Shown here in pieces: positions 38,117 to 47,726 of a stretch of DNA of 64,000 bases (positions are counted from its first letter, which is position 1; every line of letters begins with the position of its first letter). The DNA comes from Myxococcota bacterium (GTDB taxonomy: Bacteria; Myxococcota_A; UBA796; CAJQPC01). Location of the stretch: the NCBI GenBank assembly GCA_036229005.1, contig JAZAMN010000052.1, positions 224,001 to 288,000 on the forward strand, given 5' to 3'. Below the pieces are notes generated by a model. It did not search any database and was not told where the DNA came from. It saw nothing but the letters and a program-made list of their open reading frames with translations. A program made the translations under genes and the position numbers.

Positions 38117-39988
38117 ATGCGTCCCCTGAGCTGGTCCGGCCTCTTGTCGTTGCTCGTGGTCTCGACCGCAGCGCAAGCGCAGGGTGCTCCCGAGCCGGAG
38201 GCAGCAGGAGAGGTGGGGCTGTCGGATGGCTCGCAGCCTCCGTCCTCACCCCCTCGCCGGGTGCCCATTCAGAGCCACGCAGAGGGCTGGGTGTGGCACG
38301 AGGTGCTGTCGACTCGGGCCGGCATGATGGACCTGGCTCAGGACCCCCAGCGCCCGACCACGCTGCTCGCGGTGGACCTGAACGGCGGTGTCTGGCGCAG
38401 CGATGATGGGGGCCGAAGCTGGACAGCGACCCTCGATGCGGCCGCGCAGGAGGTCCAGAACCTGGACCAGGAGGATCTGCTGCTGGAGGCGGAGGCCACG
38501 GCGCAGGACTTCCTGGACGACCAGGAGGTCGAAGAAGAGGGGGACTTTGACGACGAGTCTGAGCTGGTGGACGAGTTCTCCGTCTCTGCGGATCTGGTCG
38601 ACCTGATGGTCATGCGGGAGGGGGTCTCGCCGCAGGGGCCCTCCCAGCGGCTGGGTGGGGTCCTGTGGTTCCACCCTGAGCGCGGTGGCCTCGCGCTGCT
38701 CTCCCGGGCCGATGGGCTCTGGCGCTCCAACGACTCCGGCATGACCTGGCGCAAGCAGTCCGAGCTGTCCACCGCCACCAGCTTCACGCTCACACCCTCT
38801 GGCCTGCTGCTGGCTGGCACCTCGGACGGGGTCGTGTACAGCCGGGATCTGGGGGGCTCCTGGCGGCCCGCCACCGGCATCCCCACCGGGACGCGCGTGC
38901 GGGACCTCGCGGTCAGCGCTGGGCTCGTGCTCGCGGCGACCGACGAGGGCCTCTACCTGTCCGGAGATGGCTCTGCGTGGGCGCCGGCGTCGGGCTTTGG
39001 CGAGGTGAGGGCAGACCTCCGGGCCCTGGCGTCCGACCCGCGGATGGAGGGGGGGATCTGGATCGCGACCGACAACGAGGTCCTGCGCAGCGACGACGTC
39101 GGCCAGTCCTTGTTCGCGCTCTCCGGGACCCCGCTCCCGGACACGGAGAACCTTGTCCTCGCTGGCGGGGGGCAGCTCCTCGCAGCGACGAGCGATGGCG
39201 TCTGGGAGTCGGTGGACGGCGGCGTGGTGTGGCGCCCCGTGTCCTTTGGCCTCCCGGGCCCGCTGACCAAGGACATCCTGGCCGTGGCGGACGGCCTCGT
39301 TGTCGCCAGCGCCGACGGCATCTTCCTGCTCAAGCCCGAGCAGCAGAGTCAGGCCCACGTCGCCCCGGAGCTCGAAGGGCTCCCCCTGAACACCGTGGTC
39401 GGTATCGCGGTCACGAGGCCGGGCCTGGATCCCTACAGCTACGGCATCCGTCCGGGGGCGAGCTGGAGTCAGCGCCTGATCCCCAACCTGGTCGTCAAGG
39501 GGAACCTCACCGACCAGAGCGCGCTGGCTGCGGACTTCACGACCCCCACCACCGGCAGCAACTCCGCGGCGCTCCAGGAGCGCTGGTACGTCACCGCAGA
39601 GCTGCGCTGGGAGGGCTTCCGGAGCGACTACCAGTCCTCCGGGAGTGGGGTCGCGGACGGTGGAGACGCCTTCTACGTGGTGCAGGGCTCCGTGCTGTCC
39701 ACCACCGACCCGAACGCGATCCCGGTCGCGGCCGCGAACGTCCAGACCGCTGGGCTCAAGTACCAGCAGAACCTCACACGGCAGGTCGTCGACCTCTACA
39801 ACGCGCGCATGAAGCTCGTCTCCGAGCGCGCGGACCTGCCCCCTGACGACCTCCGAACCCAGACGCTCCACGAGCTCAAGATCCTGGAGACCACGGCGCT
39901 GTTGGATGCATACACCGACGGCGCCTACTCCGCTGCCCTCCAACCAGCGGGCCCCAGCCAAGAGGGCCCAACGGGAGAGACCCCATGA
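38117..39988 (+). CDS. Secreted BNR/Asp-box beta-propeller protein with C-terminal half-TolC-like module
   Basis: Signal peptide ending AQA; Asp boxes RSDDGGRSW, RSNDSGMTW, SRDLGGSW, ESVDGGVVW; C-terminus homologous to next gene. Confidence 0.75.
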   Translation: MRPLSWSGLLSLLVVSTAAQAQGAPEPEAAGEVGLSDGSQPPSSPPRRVPIQSHAEGWVWHEVLSTRAGMMDLAQDPQRPTTLLAVDLNGGVWRSDDGGRSWTATLDAAAQEVQNLDQEDLLLEAEATAQDFLDDQEVEEEGDFDDESELVDEFSVSADLVDLMVMREGVSPQGPSQRLGGVLWFHPERGGLALLSRADGLWRSNDSGMTWRKQSELSTATSFTLTPSGLLLAGTSDGVVYSRDLGGSWRPATGIPTGTRVRDLAVSAGLVLAATDEGLYLSGDGSAWAPASGFGEVRADLRALASDPRMEGGIWIATDNEVLRSDDVGQSLFALSGTPLPDTENLVLAGGGQLLAATSDGVWESVDGGVVWRPVSFGLPGPLTKDILAVADGLVVASADGIFLLKPEQQSQAHVAPELEGLPLNTVVGIAVTRPGLDPYSYGIRPGASWSQRLIPNLVVKGNLTDQSALAADFTTPTTGSNSAALQERWYVTAELRWEGFRSDYQSSGSGVADGGDAFYVVQGSVLSTTDPNAIPVAAANVQTAGLKYQQNLTRQVVDLYNARMKLVSERADLPPDDLRTQTLHELKILETTALLDAYTDGAYSAALQPAGPSQEGPTGETP

Positions 39989-40809
39989 CCGCCAGCCTGC
40001 TCCTCATCCTCGGCGTCCAGCTCGCCCAGCCCCTCCAGCTCAACCAGTCCGGGGCAGAGGCCTTCGCGCAGTTGGACACCATCGATCTGCCCACCGCCGA
40101 GGCCATCGTGTCCTTGCGCAGTGAGCGCGGACGCCTGAACTCCGTCGAAGAGCTGCGGGCCATTCCCGGGATGAACGACCAGCGCCTCAACGAGCTGCGC
40201 GTGAACACCTCGGTGGACCTGCAGCCCCTGGATGTTGGTGCGGCGCGCTTCTCCTCGGCTGACGAGGTCCTGGCCGCCTTCGACCACGAGCCCAGCGTGC
40301 AGGCCGTCCAGACCCTGGCGATGAACTACACGAACACCAACCGGGAGCAGGTGGAGAGCTGGCTGCGGGCCAGCAAGAACAGCGCCTGGCTGCCGGAGCT
40401 CAAGCTCAAGTACAACTACCAGGACACCTTCGGGCAGGACTTCGAGTACCAGGACCAGAACGACAACAACGTCGACCCCTTCATCGACGACTCGGACACC
40501 CAGCAGCGCTGGTATGGCCAGGTCGAGGTCCGCTGGAACCTGGACGAGCTGGTCATGTCCTCGTCCCAGATCCGCGTGATCTCGGAGGCCCAGGACGTCG
40601 TCAAGCTGCGGGACACGGTGCTCACTCAGGTCACCGGCCTCTACTTCGACCGCCGCCGCCTGCAGGTGGACATGCTCCTGGATCCCCCCAGCGATGTGCG
40701 CGCCCAGGTCGACCAGACCCTGCGCCTGATGGAGCTCACCGCCGAGCTGGATGCCTTCACCGGTGGGCAGTTCAGCGCAGAGGTCGCCCGGGGTGTGCAG
40801 ACCCGCTGA
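39985..40809 (+). CDS. Secreted ComEA-type helix-hairpin-helix protein fused to half-TolC-like module
   Basis: LNQSGAEAFAQL...AEAIVSLRSERGRLNSVEELRAIPGM (ComEA HhH); AWLPELKLKY, VRWNLD, QVTGLYFDRRRLQ; ATGA coupling. Confidence 0.75.
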   Translation: MTASLLLILGVQLAQPLQLNQSGAEAFAQLDTIDLPTAEAIVSLRSERGRLNSVEELRAIPGMNDQRLNELRVNTSVDLQPLDVGAARFSSADEVLAAFDHEPSVQAVQTLAMNYTNTNREQVESWLRASKNSAWLPELKLKYNYQDTFGQDFEYQDQNDNNVDPFIDDSDTQQRWYGQVEVRWNLDELVMSSSQIRVISEAQDVVKLRDTVLTQVTGLYFDRRRLQVDMLLDPPSDVRAQVDQTLRLMELTAELDAFTGGQFSAEVARGVQTR

Positions 40810-40921
40810 GGTCCCACACCTGGGCCCACCGCTTTGGGCTGAAACCACTTGGAAACGATGCCCGCGCTGGACTCCCCAAGCGAGGTGCGTGGGCTACCTG
40901 TAGCCGCCCCGGAGGTAGAAG

Positions 40922-42457
40922 ATGGTCGACGGCCACGAGCTGGTTCTGATCCTGGACTTTGGCTCCCAGTACACCCAGCTCATCGCGCGGCGTCTCCGCG
41001 AGCAGGCGGTCTACTGCGAGATCCGCCCCTGCACGGACAAGGTCCCCGCCGAGCTGCCCAAGCTCAAGGGACTGATCCTCTCGGGCGGCCCCGACAGCGT
41101 GCTCAGCGACAAGCGTCCGGCGTTCGACCCGGCGTGGCTGGAGCTGGACGTGCCCGTGTTGGGGATCTGCTACGGCATGCAGCTCCTCACCGTCCTGGAC
41201 GGCGGCAGCGTCGAGCGCGGTCAGAAGCGGGAGTACGGCAAGGCCACCCTCGAGCTTGGGCAGGACCCTGGCCGCTTGTTCAAGGGCCTTTCGTTGGAGT
41301 CCCAGGTCTGGATGAGCCACGGTGACCACGTGGAGCGTGCACCGGAGGGCTACCAGGCCGCCGCGCTGTCCTCGGGCTGCCCGGTCGCTGCCTTCGAGAA
41401 CGCCAGCGCGCGCCGCTACGGGCTGCAGTTCCACCCCGAGGTGACCCACTCCCACGAGGGCACCCAGCTCCTCAAGAACTTCCTGTTCGACATCTGCGGC
41501 TGCAGCGGCGACTGGTCGATGGGGAGCTTTGTGGACGAGCAGGTCGCGCTGATCCGCGAGAAGGTCGGCGACGGCAAGGTGATCTGTGGTCTCTCCGGCG
41601 GCGTGGACTCCAGCGTCACTGCGGCGCTGATCCATGAGGCGATCGGCGACCAGCTCACCTGCATCTTCGTGGACCACGGGCTGCTGCGTCTGGGTGAGCG
41701 CGAGAGCGTCGCCAAGGAGTTCTCGGACTACAACCTGGTGGTCGTGGACGCCGAGGCGCTCTTCCTGGGCAAGCTCGCCGGCGTCACCGACCCGGAGACC
41801 AAGCGCAAGATCATCGGCGAGACCTTCATCCGCGTGTTCGAGGAGGAGGCCCGCAAGGTGGGCGGCGCCAAGTGGCTGGCGCAGGGCACCCTCTACCCGG
41901 ACGTCATCGAGTCGGTGTCCTTCAAGGGCCCCAGCGCGACCATCAAGAGCCACCACAACGTGGGTGGCCTGCCCGAGGACATGGAGCTCAAGCTCATCGA
42001 GCCTCTGCGGGAGCTCTTCAAGGACGAGGTCCGCGCCTTGGGCCGCGAGCTGGGCCTGAACCCCTGGCGCATCGACCGCCACCCCTTCCCGGGGCCAGGG
42101 CTGGCCATCCGCATCCTGGGGGAGATCACCAAGGAGCGCTGCGATGTGCTCCGCAAGGCCGACCACATCGCCATGGAGGAGATCCGCAAGGCGGGGCTCT
42201 ACGACGAGATCTGGCAGGCCCTGACGGTGCTGCTCCCGGTCAAGACTGTCGGAGTCATGGGCGATGAGCGCACCTACGAGGCGGTCGCCGCCCTGCGCTG
42301 TGTGACCTCGACCGACGGCATGACGGCGGACTGGTACCCCATGGACCCGCGCGTGCTGGGGCGCATCTCCAGCCGCGTGATCAACGAGGTGCGCGGCATC
42401 AACCGCGTGGTCTACGACATCAGCTCAAAGCCCCCCGCCACCATCGAGTGGGAGTAG
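40922..42457 (+). CDS. guaA: GMP synthase (glutamine-hydrolysing)
   Basis: [44 protein letters not shown]. Confidence 0.98.
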   Translation: MVDGHELVLILDFGSQYTQLIARRLREQAVYCEIRPCTDKVPAELPKLKGLILSGGPDSVLSDKRPAFDPAWLELDVPVLGICYGMQLLTVLDGGSVERGQKREYGKATLELGQDPGRLFKGLSLESQVWMSHGDHVERAPEGYQAAALSSGCPVAAFENASARRYGLQFHPEVTHSHEGTQLLKNFLFDICGCSGDWSMGSFVDEQVALIREKVGDGKVICGLSGGVDSSVTAALIHEAIGDQLTCIFVDHGLLRLGERESVAKEFSDYNLVVVDAEALFLGKLAGVTDPETKRKIIGETFIRVFEEEARKVGGAKWLAQGTLYPDVIESVSFKGPSATIKSHHNVGGLPEDMELKLIEPLRELFKDEVRALGRELGLNPWRIDRHPFPGPGLAIRILGEITKERCDVLRKADHIAMEEIRKAGLYDEIWQALTVLLPVKTVGVMGDERTYEAVAALRCVTSTDGMTADWYPMDPRVLGRISSRVINEVRGINRVVYDISSKPPATIEWE

Positions 42458-42466
42458 GGGAGGGCG

Positions 42467-43318
42467 CTACTCCTTGCTGGAGTCGGCGTCCGCTGCCAAG
42501 GGGAGCGCGTCGTCCGGGAGCCCCAGCCAGTCCAGGGCTTCCTGACGCAGAGCGCGGGCCACCAGCAGCGGGAGCTCGGCCTCGGTCGGGCTGCCCCGCT
42601 CCAGGTTGCGGCGGTAGACCCGCACCTGCTCTGGGGCGGTGGCCCAGGCCTTCTTGAAGCCAACGGGGGGCGGCGTCCCCTTGTACAGGGCGCCTGCGGC
42701 CGGAGACAGTGGCGGCTCCTGCGTGCGCAGCTCTTCGAGATCGGGGAGCCACGCCAAGGTCAGAGGCACCTTGATGAACCAGTCCCGGAGCTGCTCGGGC
42801 AGCAGGTCCCGGCCCAGGTCGAGGGCGCGTGTCCAGGTGGCCTCAGAGAAGGTCGGCGTGTAGGGAAAGTGCACAGGCTCCAGGCGGGCTGCCTGCCGAA
42901 AGGCGCGGTCCGCGTCCTCCAGGTGGCCCAGGAACTCCAGGCCCACGCCCAGGTAGTACCAGGCAGGCGCGAACGCGGGCTCCAGTTGGATCGCATGCTG
43001 GGCGGCCTTCACGCAGGAGTCCAGCTCGGTGAGCTCGAAGCTGGCCAGCGAGAGCCCGGCCCAGGCGCGGAGGTTGTCGGGCCCGAGCTGCAGAACATGC
43101 TCAAAGGCGAGCCGTGCTGTGGCGTAAGCCCCGACCTCGAGGCTGGCCTCGCCGACCACCAGGAGGGCGTCGACGTTGTCGGGATCGTCGTCGAGCAGCT
43201 CCTCCGCTTCGGTGATCGCCTCGTCGACCTGTCCCTTCTCGAAGGCGTCCGCAGCGCGGCGCAGCCGGAGCTCATCCAGCCCGCCGAGCTCGTTGGCCCA
43301 AGCGCTCCAGTCCATCAC
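42467..43318 (-). CDS. TPR protein with degenerate zincin-like C-terminal domain
   Basis: Several TPRs (AWYYLGVGLEFLGHLEDA); ALYKGTP...PEQVRVYRRNLER...RQEALDWLG in place of HExxH. Confidence 0.7.
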   Translation of the reverse strand: MMDWSAWANELGGLDELRLRRAADAFEKGQVDEAITEAEELLDDDPDNVDALLVVGEASLEVGAYATARLAFEHVLQLGPDNLRAWAGLSLASFELTELDSCVKAAQHAIQLEPAFAPAWYYLGVGLEFLGHLEDADRAFRQAARLEPVHFPYTPTFSEATWTRALDLGRDLLPEQLRDWFIKVPLTLAWLPDLEELRTQEPPLSPAAGALYKGTPPPVGFKKAWATAPEQVRVYRRNLERGSPTEAELPLLVARALRQEALDWLGLPDDALPLAADADSSKE

Positions 43319-43344
43319 GCTGCCTCCAAGACAGAGGCTGCCCT

Positions 43345-44226
43345 CTATCGGAGGAAGAACACCACAGCCACGGCAACGAGCATGAAGATGAACACGGCTG
43401 CGGCGATCAGGGGCGTCTTGGACTTGCCCCCCGCCTCTGCGGCAGGCGCGGCGGGGGCGTTCTCCTTGGGCGCCGGAGCGTCGGCGACCTTGGGTGCGGG
43501 GGTGGGCTCAGGCTCGGGGACCTTGTAGCGGGCGTAGGCGCCGCCGCGGAGGGCCAGCGCGAAGGCCGCGAACTCGGCGATGTCCTTGCAGAGCACCAGG
43601 TCGGAGAGCATCCAGGTCTCGAAGGCCTGCTCCTCCTTGCCCTCGCTCATGCGACCGCCCTCGTAGAGGGGGAGCGGGCCCCAGTCCAGGTTGGCCTTCT
43701 CCGGCACCTCGGTGAAGGCGACGCCGGCCTTGTCGCGCAGCGCACGCTTGAGCGCGTAGCGGGCCTGCAGCACGGCCAGGGGGTAGCCGCCCGCGGCGTC
43801 GGAGACCGTCTTGACCTCCTCCAGGCTGCTGGAGGTGTCGAAGCTCAGGGCCAGGAGCTGGCGCTGCTGCGGGGTCAGGTGTGGAGCGACCTGCTGGAGC
43901 AGCTCTGTGGGGCTGCGCTGACCGGTCAGGGCGTTGGGGTGATCACCACCCTGGACGCGGCCGCCGGCGACCTGGATCTCCTCGGCGATGATGCCGTGCG
44001 CCCAGCCCGGGAGCTGACGGGCCTCGGTCACCGAAGCCACGCCCTGTGCGAAGCGCTGGCAGGCCCGCTCCAGCGGGCTGCGGCAGTTCCGATCCCCAAG
44101 CCGGGAGGCGGAGATGGCGTAGTACCAGTCGGAGAATCGCTGCGCCATGACCTGTCCGGCCTGCGCGTCCCCCGAGCGCCACTTGTTGAAGAGCTGTTGG
44201 GTGGTCTGCCCGGCCAGATCCGACAT
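43345..44226 (-). CDS. ECF sigma factor-like protein with C-terminal TM anchor
   Basis: QLFNKWRSGDAQAGQVMAQRF (sigma2-like), HLTPQQRQLLALSF...SLEEV (sigma4-like); terminal helix LIAAAVFIFMLVAVAVVFF. Confidence 0.55.
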   Translation of the reverse strand: MSDLAGQTTQQLFNKWRSGDAQAGQVMAQRFSDWYYAISASRLGDRNCRSPLERACQRFAQGVASVTEARQLPGWAHGIIAEEIQVAGGRVQGGDHPNALTGQRSPTELLQQVAPHLTPQQRQLLALSFDTSSSLEEVKTVSDAAGGYPLAVLQARYALKRALRDKAGVAFTEVPEKANLDWGPLPLYEGGRMSEGKEEQAFETWMLSDLVLCKDIAEFAAFALALRGGAYARYKVPEPEPTPAPKVADAPAPKENAPAAPAAEAGGKSKTPLIAAAVFIFMLVAVAVVFFLR

Positions 44227-44292
44227 CGAATGACTCCTAGGCCGCGAGGATAGGCCCCGCGCTCACTGCAAGCAAGGTAGCCAGAAATGGCC

Positions 44293-45585
44293 TCAGAGGC
44301 CCGGCAGGGACCTGAGTCGCTCCTGAACCACCGGGTTGTCTGGCTCCAGCGCCCCCGCTCTCTCGTACAAGCTGCGCGCTTCGTCGAATCTGCCGGCCTT
44401 GACGTACAGGTCCGCGAGCCGAATCGTGCCGGAGAAATAGCTGGGATCGATGTCCACGACCTGCTCGTAGGCATAGGTCGCGGTCTCCCACTCAGCGCGC
44501 ATGCGCGCATCACCGCCCATGTAGCGGTAGTAGTCGCGGAGCTGGTCTGTCCCCAGGTGGAAGGCTCCGATCAGCGCCGCGGCGACAAAGGGCGCGGCCA
44601 CCTGCACCGCACCTCGGCTGCCCCAGATCGCAGCCAGTGTGCCGGCAAATGCCAGGCTGGCGGTGAGCCACCGGGCTTCGAGGGGGAGGATCAACACGAC
44701 CCCGGAGACCGCCAGAGCGCCGGCCAGCCAGAGCCACTCGGGGCGCGCCTGACGGAGCTGGGGTCTGGGCAGGCCCTCAAAGAGCCTGGGCGGGAGCATC
44801 AGCAGGTACAGGGTGACCATGATGTAGGAGAAGTTGCCGATCTTGAAGCCGGAGGCCTCGATGCCGACGTGCAGTGCGACGCCCAGGATCAAGGTGGGCC
44901 AGCGCAGCTTCTCGGGCCAGAGGAAGCCGATGGCCAGCCCGAACTCCAGGAACAACACGCTCCAGGCCAGGACTGCATACATCCCGGAGTCCCCGATCCC
45001 AGCGAGGTCACCCGCAGCGCTCACCAGGTCCCGGGCCCACTGCTCGGCCAGCAGCCGGCTCATGACCTCGCCAGACAGCCACTGGGGCTCGGCCTTGGTC
45101 ACCGCGGTCCAGAAGTAGACGATGGCGATCTGAGCGCGCAGGAGCCTGGGCGCCCACGGGGGAAGCTCCTTGCCGTCGCCGTCCACCCAGACCGCGCCCG
45201 CCAGCAGCCCCAGGATCACGACCACCAGGTAGTGATGCTGGTAGCTGTCGAGCTGGGACCAGAAGTAGCCGACGCTGTAGAGCGCGAAGAGCGCGGGGAG
45301 GGTGCGCCGGAGCTGCACACCGAAGGCCACGAGCACGGCCAGCACGACCTGGAGCAGGACCAGGCCGAGCATCCACCGCGCCTCGGGGGCGGGGATCAGG
45401 CCGTCGAGAGCGGGGAAGTGGCTGACGTTGAAGTTGCCCGCGCCGTAGCGGGAGAGGTGGGAGATCTGCGTGAAGGCGTCGAAGCCGAGCAGCAGGAAGA
45501 GGGCGCTGCGGAGCGGGCGGTTCAGGGCGCGCTCGTCCGAGGAGAACCAGTAGCGGTCCCAGAGGCTGGGGCGGGGCTCAGTCAC
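44293..45585 (-). CDS. HTTM-domain (vitamin K-dependent carboxylase-like) membrane protein with C-terminal TPR
   Basis: YQHHYL, LRAQIAIVYFWTAVTK.EPQWLSG, LGVALH; multiple TM helices; TPR tail. Confidence 0.8.
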   Translation of the reverse strand: MTEPRPSLWDRYWFSSDERALNRPLRSALFLLLGFDAFTQISHLSRYGAGNFNVSHFPALDGLIPAPEARWMLGLVLLQVVLAVLVAFGVQLRRTLPALFALYSVGYFWSQLDSYQHHYLVVVILGLLAGAVWVDGDGKELPPWAPRLLRAQIAIVYFWTAVTKAEPQWLSGEVMSRLLAEQWARDLVSAAGDLAGIGDSGMYAVLAWSVLFLEFGLAIGFLWPEKLRWPTLILGVALHVGIEASGFKIGNFSYIMVTLYLLMLPPRLFEGLPRPQLRQARPEWLWLAGALAVSGVVLILPLEARWLTASLAFAGTLAAIWGSRGAVQVAAPFVAAALIGAFHLGTDQLRDYYRYMGGDARMRAEWETATYAYEQVVDIDPSYFSGTIRLADLYVKAGRFDEARSLYERAGALEPDNPVVQERLRSLPGL

Positions 45586-45943
45586 AGAGGGGCTCGCTGA
45601 GCTTGCTGTAGACGGGGGTGTCGCCATCGAGCTCCCGGCAGCGGTAGAGCAGTCGGGGATCCTGGTGTCCGTGGGTGATGCAGACGCGCTCGCTGACGGC
45701 GTCGACCACGGAGGGACGTCCGCGCTTGAGCAGGGTGATCCACGCGGAGTGGAACTCGCGCTTGAGGTTCAGCTCCTGGCCATCGACCTGGTAGCTGACC
45801 TGGCAAGAGAGCAGCCGCGTCTCGGAGAACATGCGCCAGGCGAAGCGCTCGTCGTAGGGATCCGAGCTCCCCAGGTAGTAGTGGAGAGGGAACAGGGCCT
45901 GAAACAACAAGGCCCCACCGATGAAGAGGGTTCTGCGATCCAC
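45578..45943 (-). CDS. Hypothetical protein coupled to the HTTM gene
   Basis: N-terminal TM, YDERFAWRMFS motif; overlaps HTTM start; TACAAT -10 seven nt before GTG. Confidence 0.7.
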   Translation of the reverse strand: MDRRTLFIGGALLFQALFPLHYYLGSSDPYDERFAWRMFSETRLLSCQVSYQVDGQELNLKREFHSAWITLLKRGRPSVVDAVSERVCITHGHQDPRLLYRCRELDGDTPVYSKLSEPLCD

Positions 45944-45996
45944 GGCAGAGATTGTAGGCCGCCAGCGAGGCATGGGCGAGCGCGCCGCAGGACGCT

Positions 45997-46398
45997 ATGT
46001 CCCAGGTCATGCCGCTGCCCCTCGATGTCCTCGCTGATGCCCGTCAGGCCCGTATTGAGCTGGAGGGGGTGCCGATCTCCGAGGGGTTGGCTGCGGCCCC
46101 CCGGCTGCTCCCCAGGGTCTTCGTCTTCTCCGCGCAGCGTCCAATGGGGGGCCCGCTGGATGCTCAGGACGGCGAGCGCCAGAGGGTGTTGCTGAACACC
46201 GTGAAGCAGAAGGGGCTGGTCTTCCACCCCGTGCAGTTGAGCTGGCGGGGGCAAACGCAGGAGGCGGTGGCTGTGCAGGGCTGCACGCGCGCTGAGGCCG
46301 TGAAGCTGGCCTACAAGCGCAAGCAGTGGTGCGTCTGGGAGCTGGGCCGGGAGACGACCCGCGTCATCTACACTGGCCTGAACAGCCGCATGAAGTGA
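45997..46398 (+). CDS. Hypothetical protein (DUF3293-like)
   Basis: FVFSAQRPMG, EEAVAV, AVKLAYKRKQ..VW pattern. Confidence 0.55.
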   Translation: MSQVMPLPLDVLADARQARIELEGVPISEGLAAAPRLLPRVFVFSAQRPMGGPLDAQDGERQRVLLNTVKQKGLVFHPVQLSWRGQTQEAVAVQGCTRAEAVKLAYKRKQWCVWELGRETTRVIYTGLNSRMK

Positions 46399-46428
46399 GG
46401 CCCGCGGGGGCCTCGGGCTCCGGTGGAC

Positions 46429-46836
46429 TCAGTGGTCCTCGCTGACCTCGTTGCGCTTCCAGGTGGGGAGCTCGACGACCACGTCTTCGCTCCCATCCGG
46501 GACGCACTGGCAGGCCAGACGCGAGCTGTCGCGCAGGGCGGGGGCCAGGTCGAGCATGTCCTCTTCCTCGTCGATGGGCTCCGGCGCGGTGTCCAGGCCC
46601 TTCTCCACGTAGACGTGGCAGGTGGAGCAGGCGACCACGCCGCCGCACGCGTGGTCCAGGTCGACGCCGGCAGCGAGCAGGGAGCGCAGCAGGGAGCCCT
46701 TCTGGCCGTCGTACTTGCGGCCGGGGAGGTCTTCGGGATCGACCTCGATGACCTGGCCGCTGTTCTTGACGGTGATGCGGTAGGCCTTCTTGGGGGGCGG
46801 GGGCGGGGCTGCGTCGATGAAGGGGTTGCGTGCCAT
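46429..46836 (-). CDS. fdx: 2Fe-2S ferredoxin, ISC/adrenodoxin type
   Basis: HACGGVVACSTCHVYV, EEDMLDLA, SRLACQ. Confidence 0.92.
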   Translation of the reverse strand: MARNPFIDAAPPPPPKKAYRITVKNSGQVIEVDPEDLPGRKYDGQKGSLLRSLLAAGVDLDHACGGVVACSTCHVYVEKGLDTAPEPIDEEEDMLDLAPALRDSSRLACQCVPDGSEDVVVELPTWKRNEVSEDH

Positions 46837-46958
46837 CGTCTCTCCTTGGGGTGCCTTGGGGGCTGGCGCGCCGGATGTTGCGCGCGTGGCGATGGGGGCG
46901 ACGGCCCGTTAACCGCGTGTGTCCCTCGGCGTGTCCGCCGGGTTGAGAAGGAGACGCG

Positions 46959-47726
46959 GTGTCCGACGAAAAGCGCACCCTGCCCGGTGAAGAAGAAGAG
47001 GTCGACTATCTCTTCCAGGCCCGCATGGGGCTCTTCAAGTGGTTCAGCTCGAACTGGAAGATCTTCGCGGGCATCGCGGCGGTCATCCTGGTGGGCTCCT
47101 TCTTCGTGTCGGTGTGGACCACGTTCCAGACCAACCAGGCCAAGAAGGGCGCCGCGGCGGTCCACGCGATCGACGCGAAGATGCCCAAGGTCGAGCAGAT
47201 GGCGCTGATGGGCATCCTCCCGATGGACGACCTCAGCGATCCCCAGCGGGTGGCGAACCTGGAGGAGGGCGCCCGCCGCTACGAGCAGGCTGGCGACGAC
47301 AACCTGGGCGCCGCTTCGGCCACCGCCTACCTCAAGGCAGCGCAGACCTGGGAGCGCCTGGGCAAGGCAGCCGAGGCCGAGGCCGCCTACCAGAAGGCGC
47401 TCGATGCCGACGACACCGGCGTGCTGGGCTTCTCGGCCCGGACCGCGCTCGCGCAGTACGCGCTGGACGCCGGCGACTCCGCCAAAGCGCTGGAGCACTA
47501 CAGCGTGATCGCGGGTCGGGAGGCCGGCTTCCTGGCGGAGCAGGCTCTGCTCTACACCGCCTCGGTCCAGGCGGATGCGGGCGACACCGCGGCGCTGCAG
47601 GCCACCTACGAGGACTTCATGGGGCGCTTCCCCAGCTCCCCGCGGGCGCAGCAGTTCCAGCGCTACCCCGACCTCAAGCCGGTCGCTGTCGCCGCCGACG
47701 CGCCCGCTGACCCTGTGGAGGGTTGA
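46959..47726 (+). CDS. YfgM-like TM plus TPR protein
   Basis: N-terminal TM after WFSSNWK, TPR repeats, FPSSPRA end; precedes bamB-like gene. Confidence 0.7.
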   Translation: MSDEKRTLPGEEEEVDYLFQARMGLFKWFSSNWKIFAGIAAVILVGSFFVSVWTTFQTNQAKKGAAAVHAIDAKMPKVEQMALMGILPMDDLSDPQRVANLEEGARRYEQAGDDNLGAASATAYLKAAQTWERLGKAAEAEAAYQKALDADDTGVLGFSARTALAQYALDAGDSAKALEHYSVIAGREAGFLAEQALLYTASVQADAGDTAALQATYEDFMGRFPSSPRAQQFQRYPDLKPVAVAADAPADPVEG

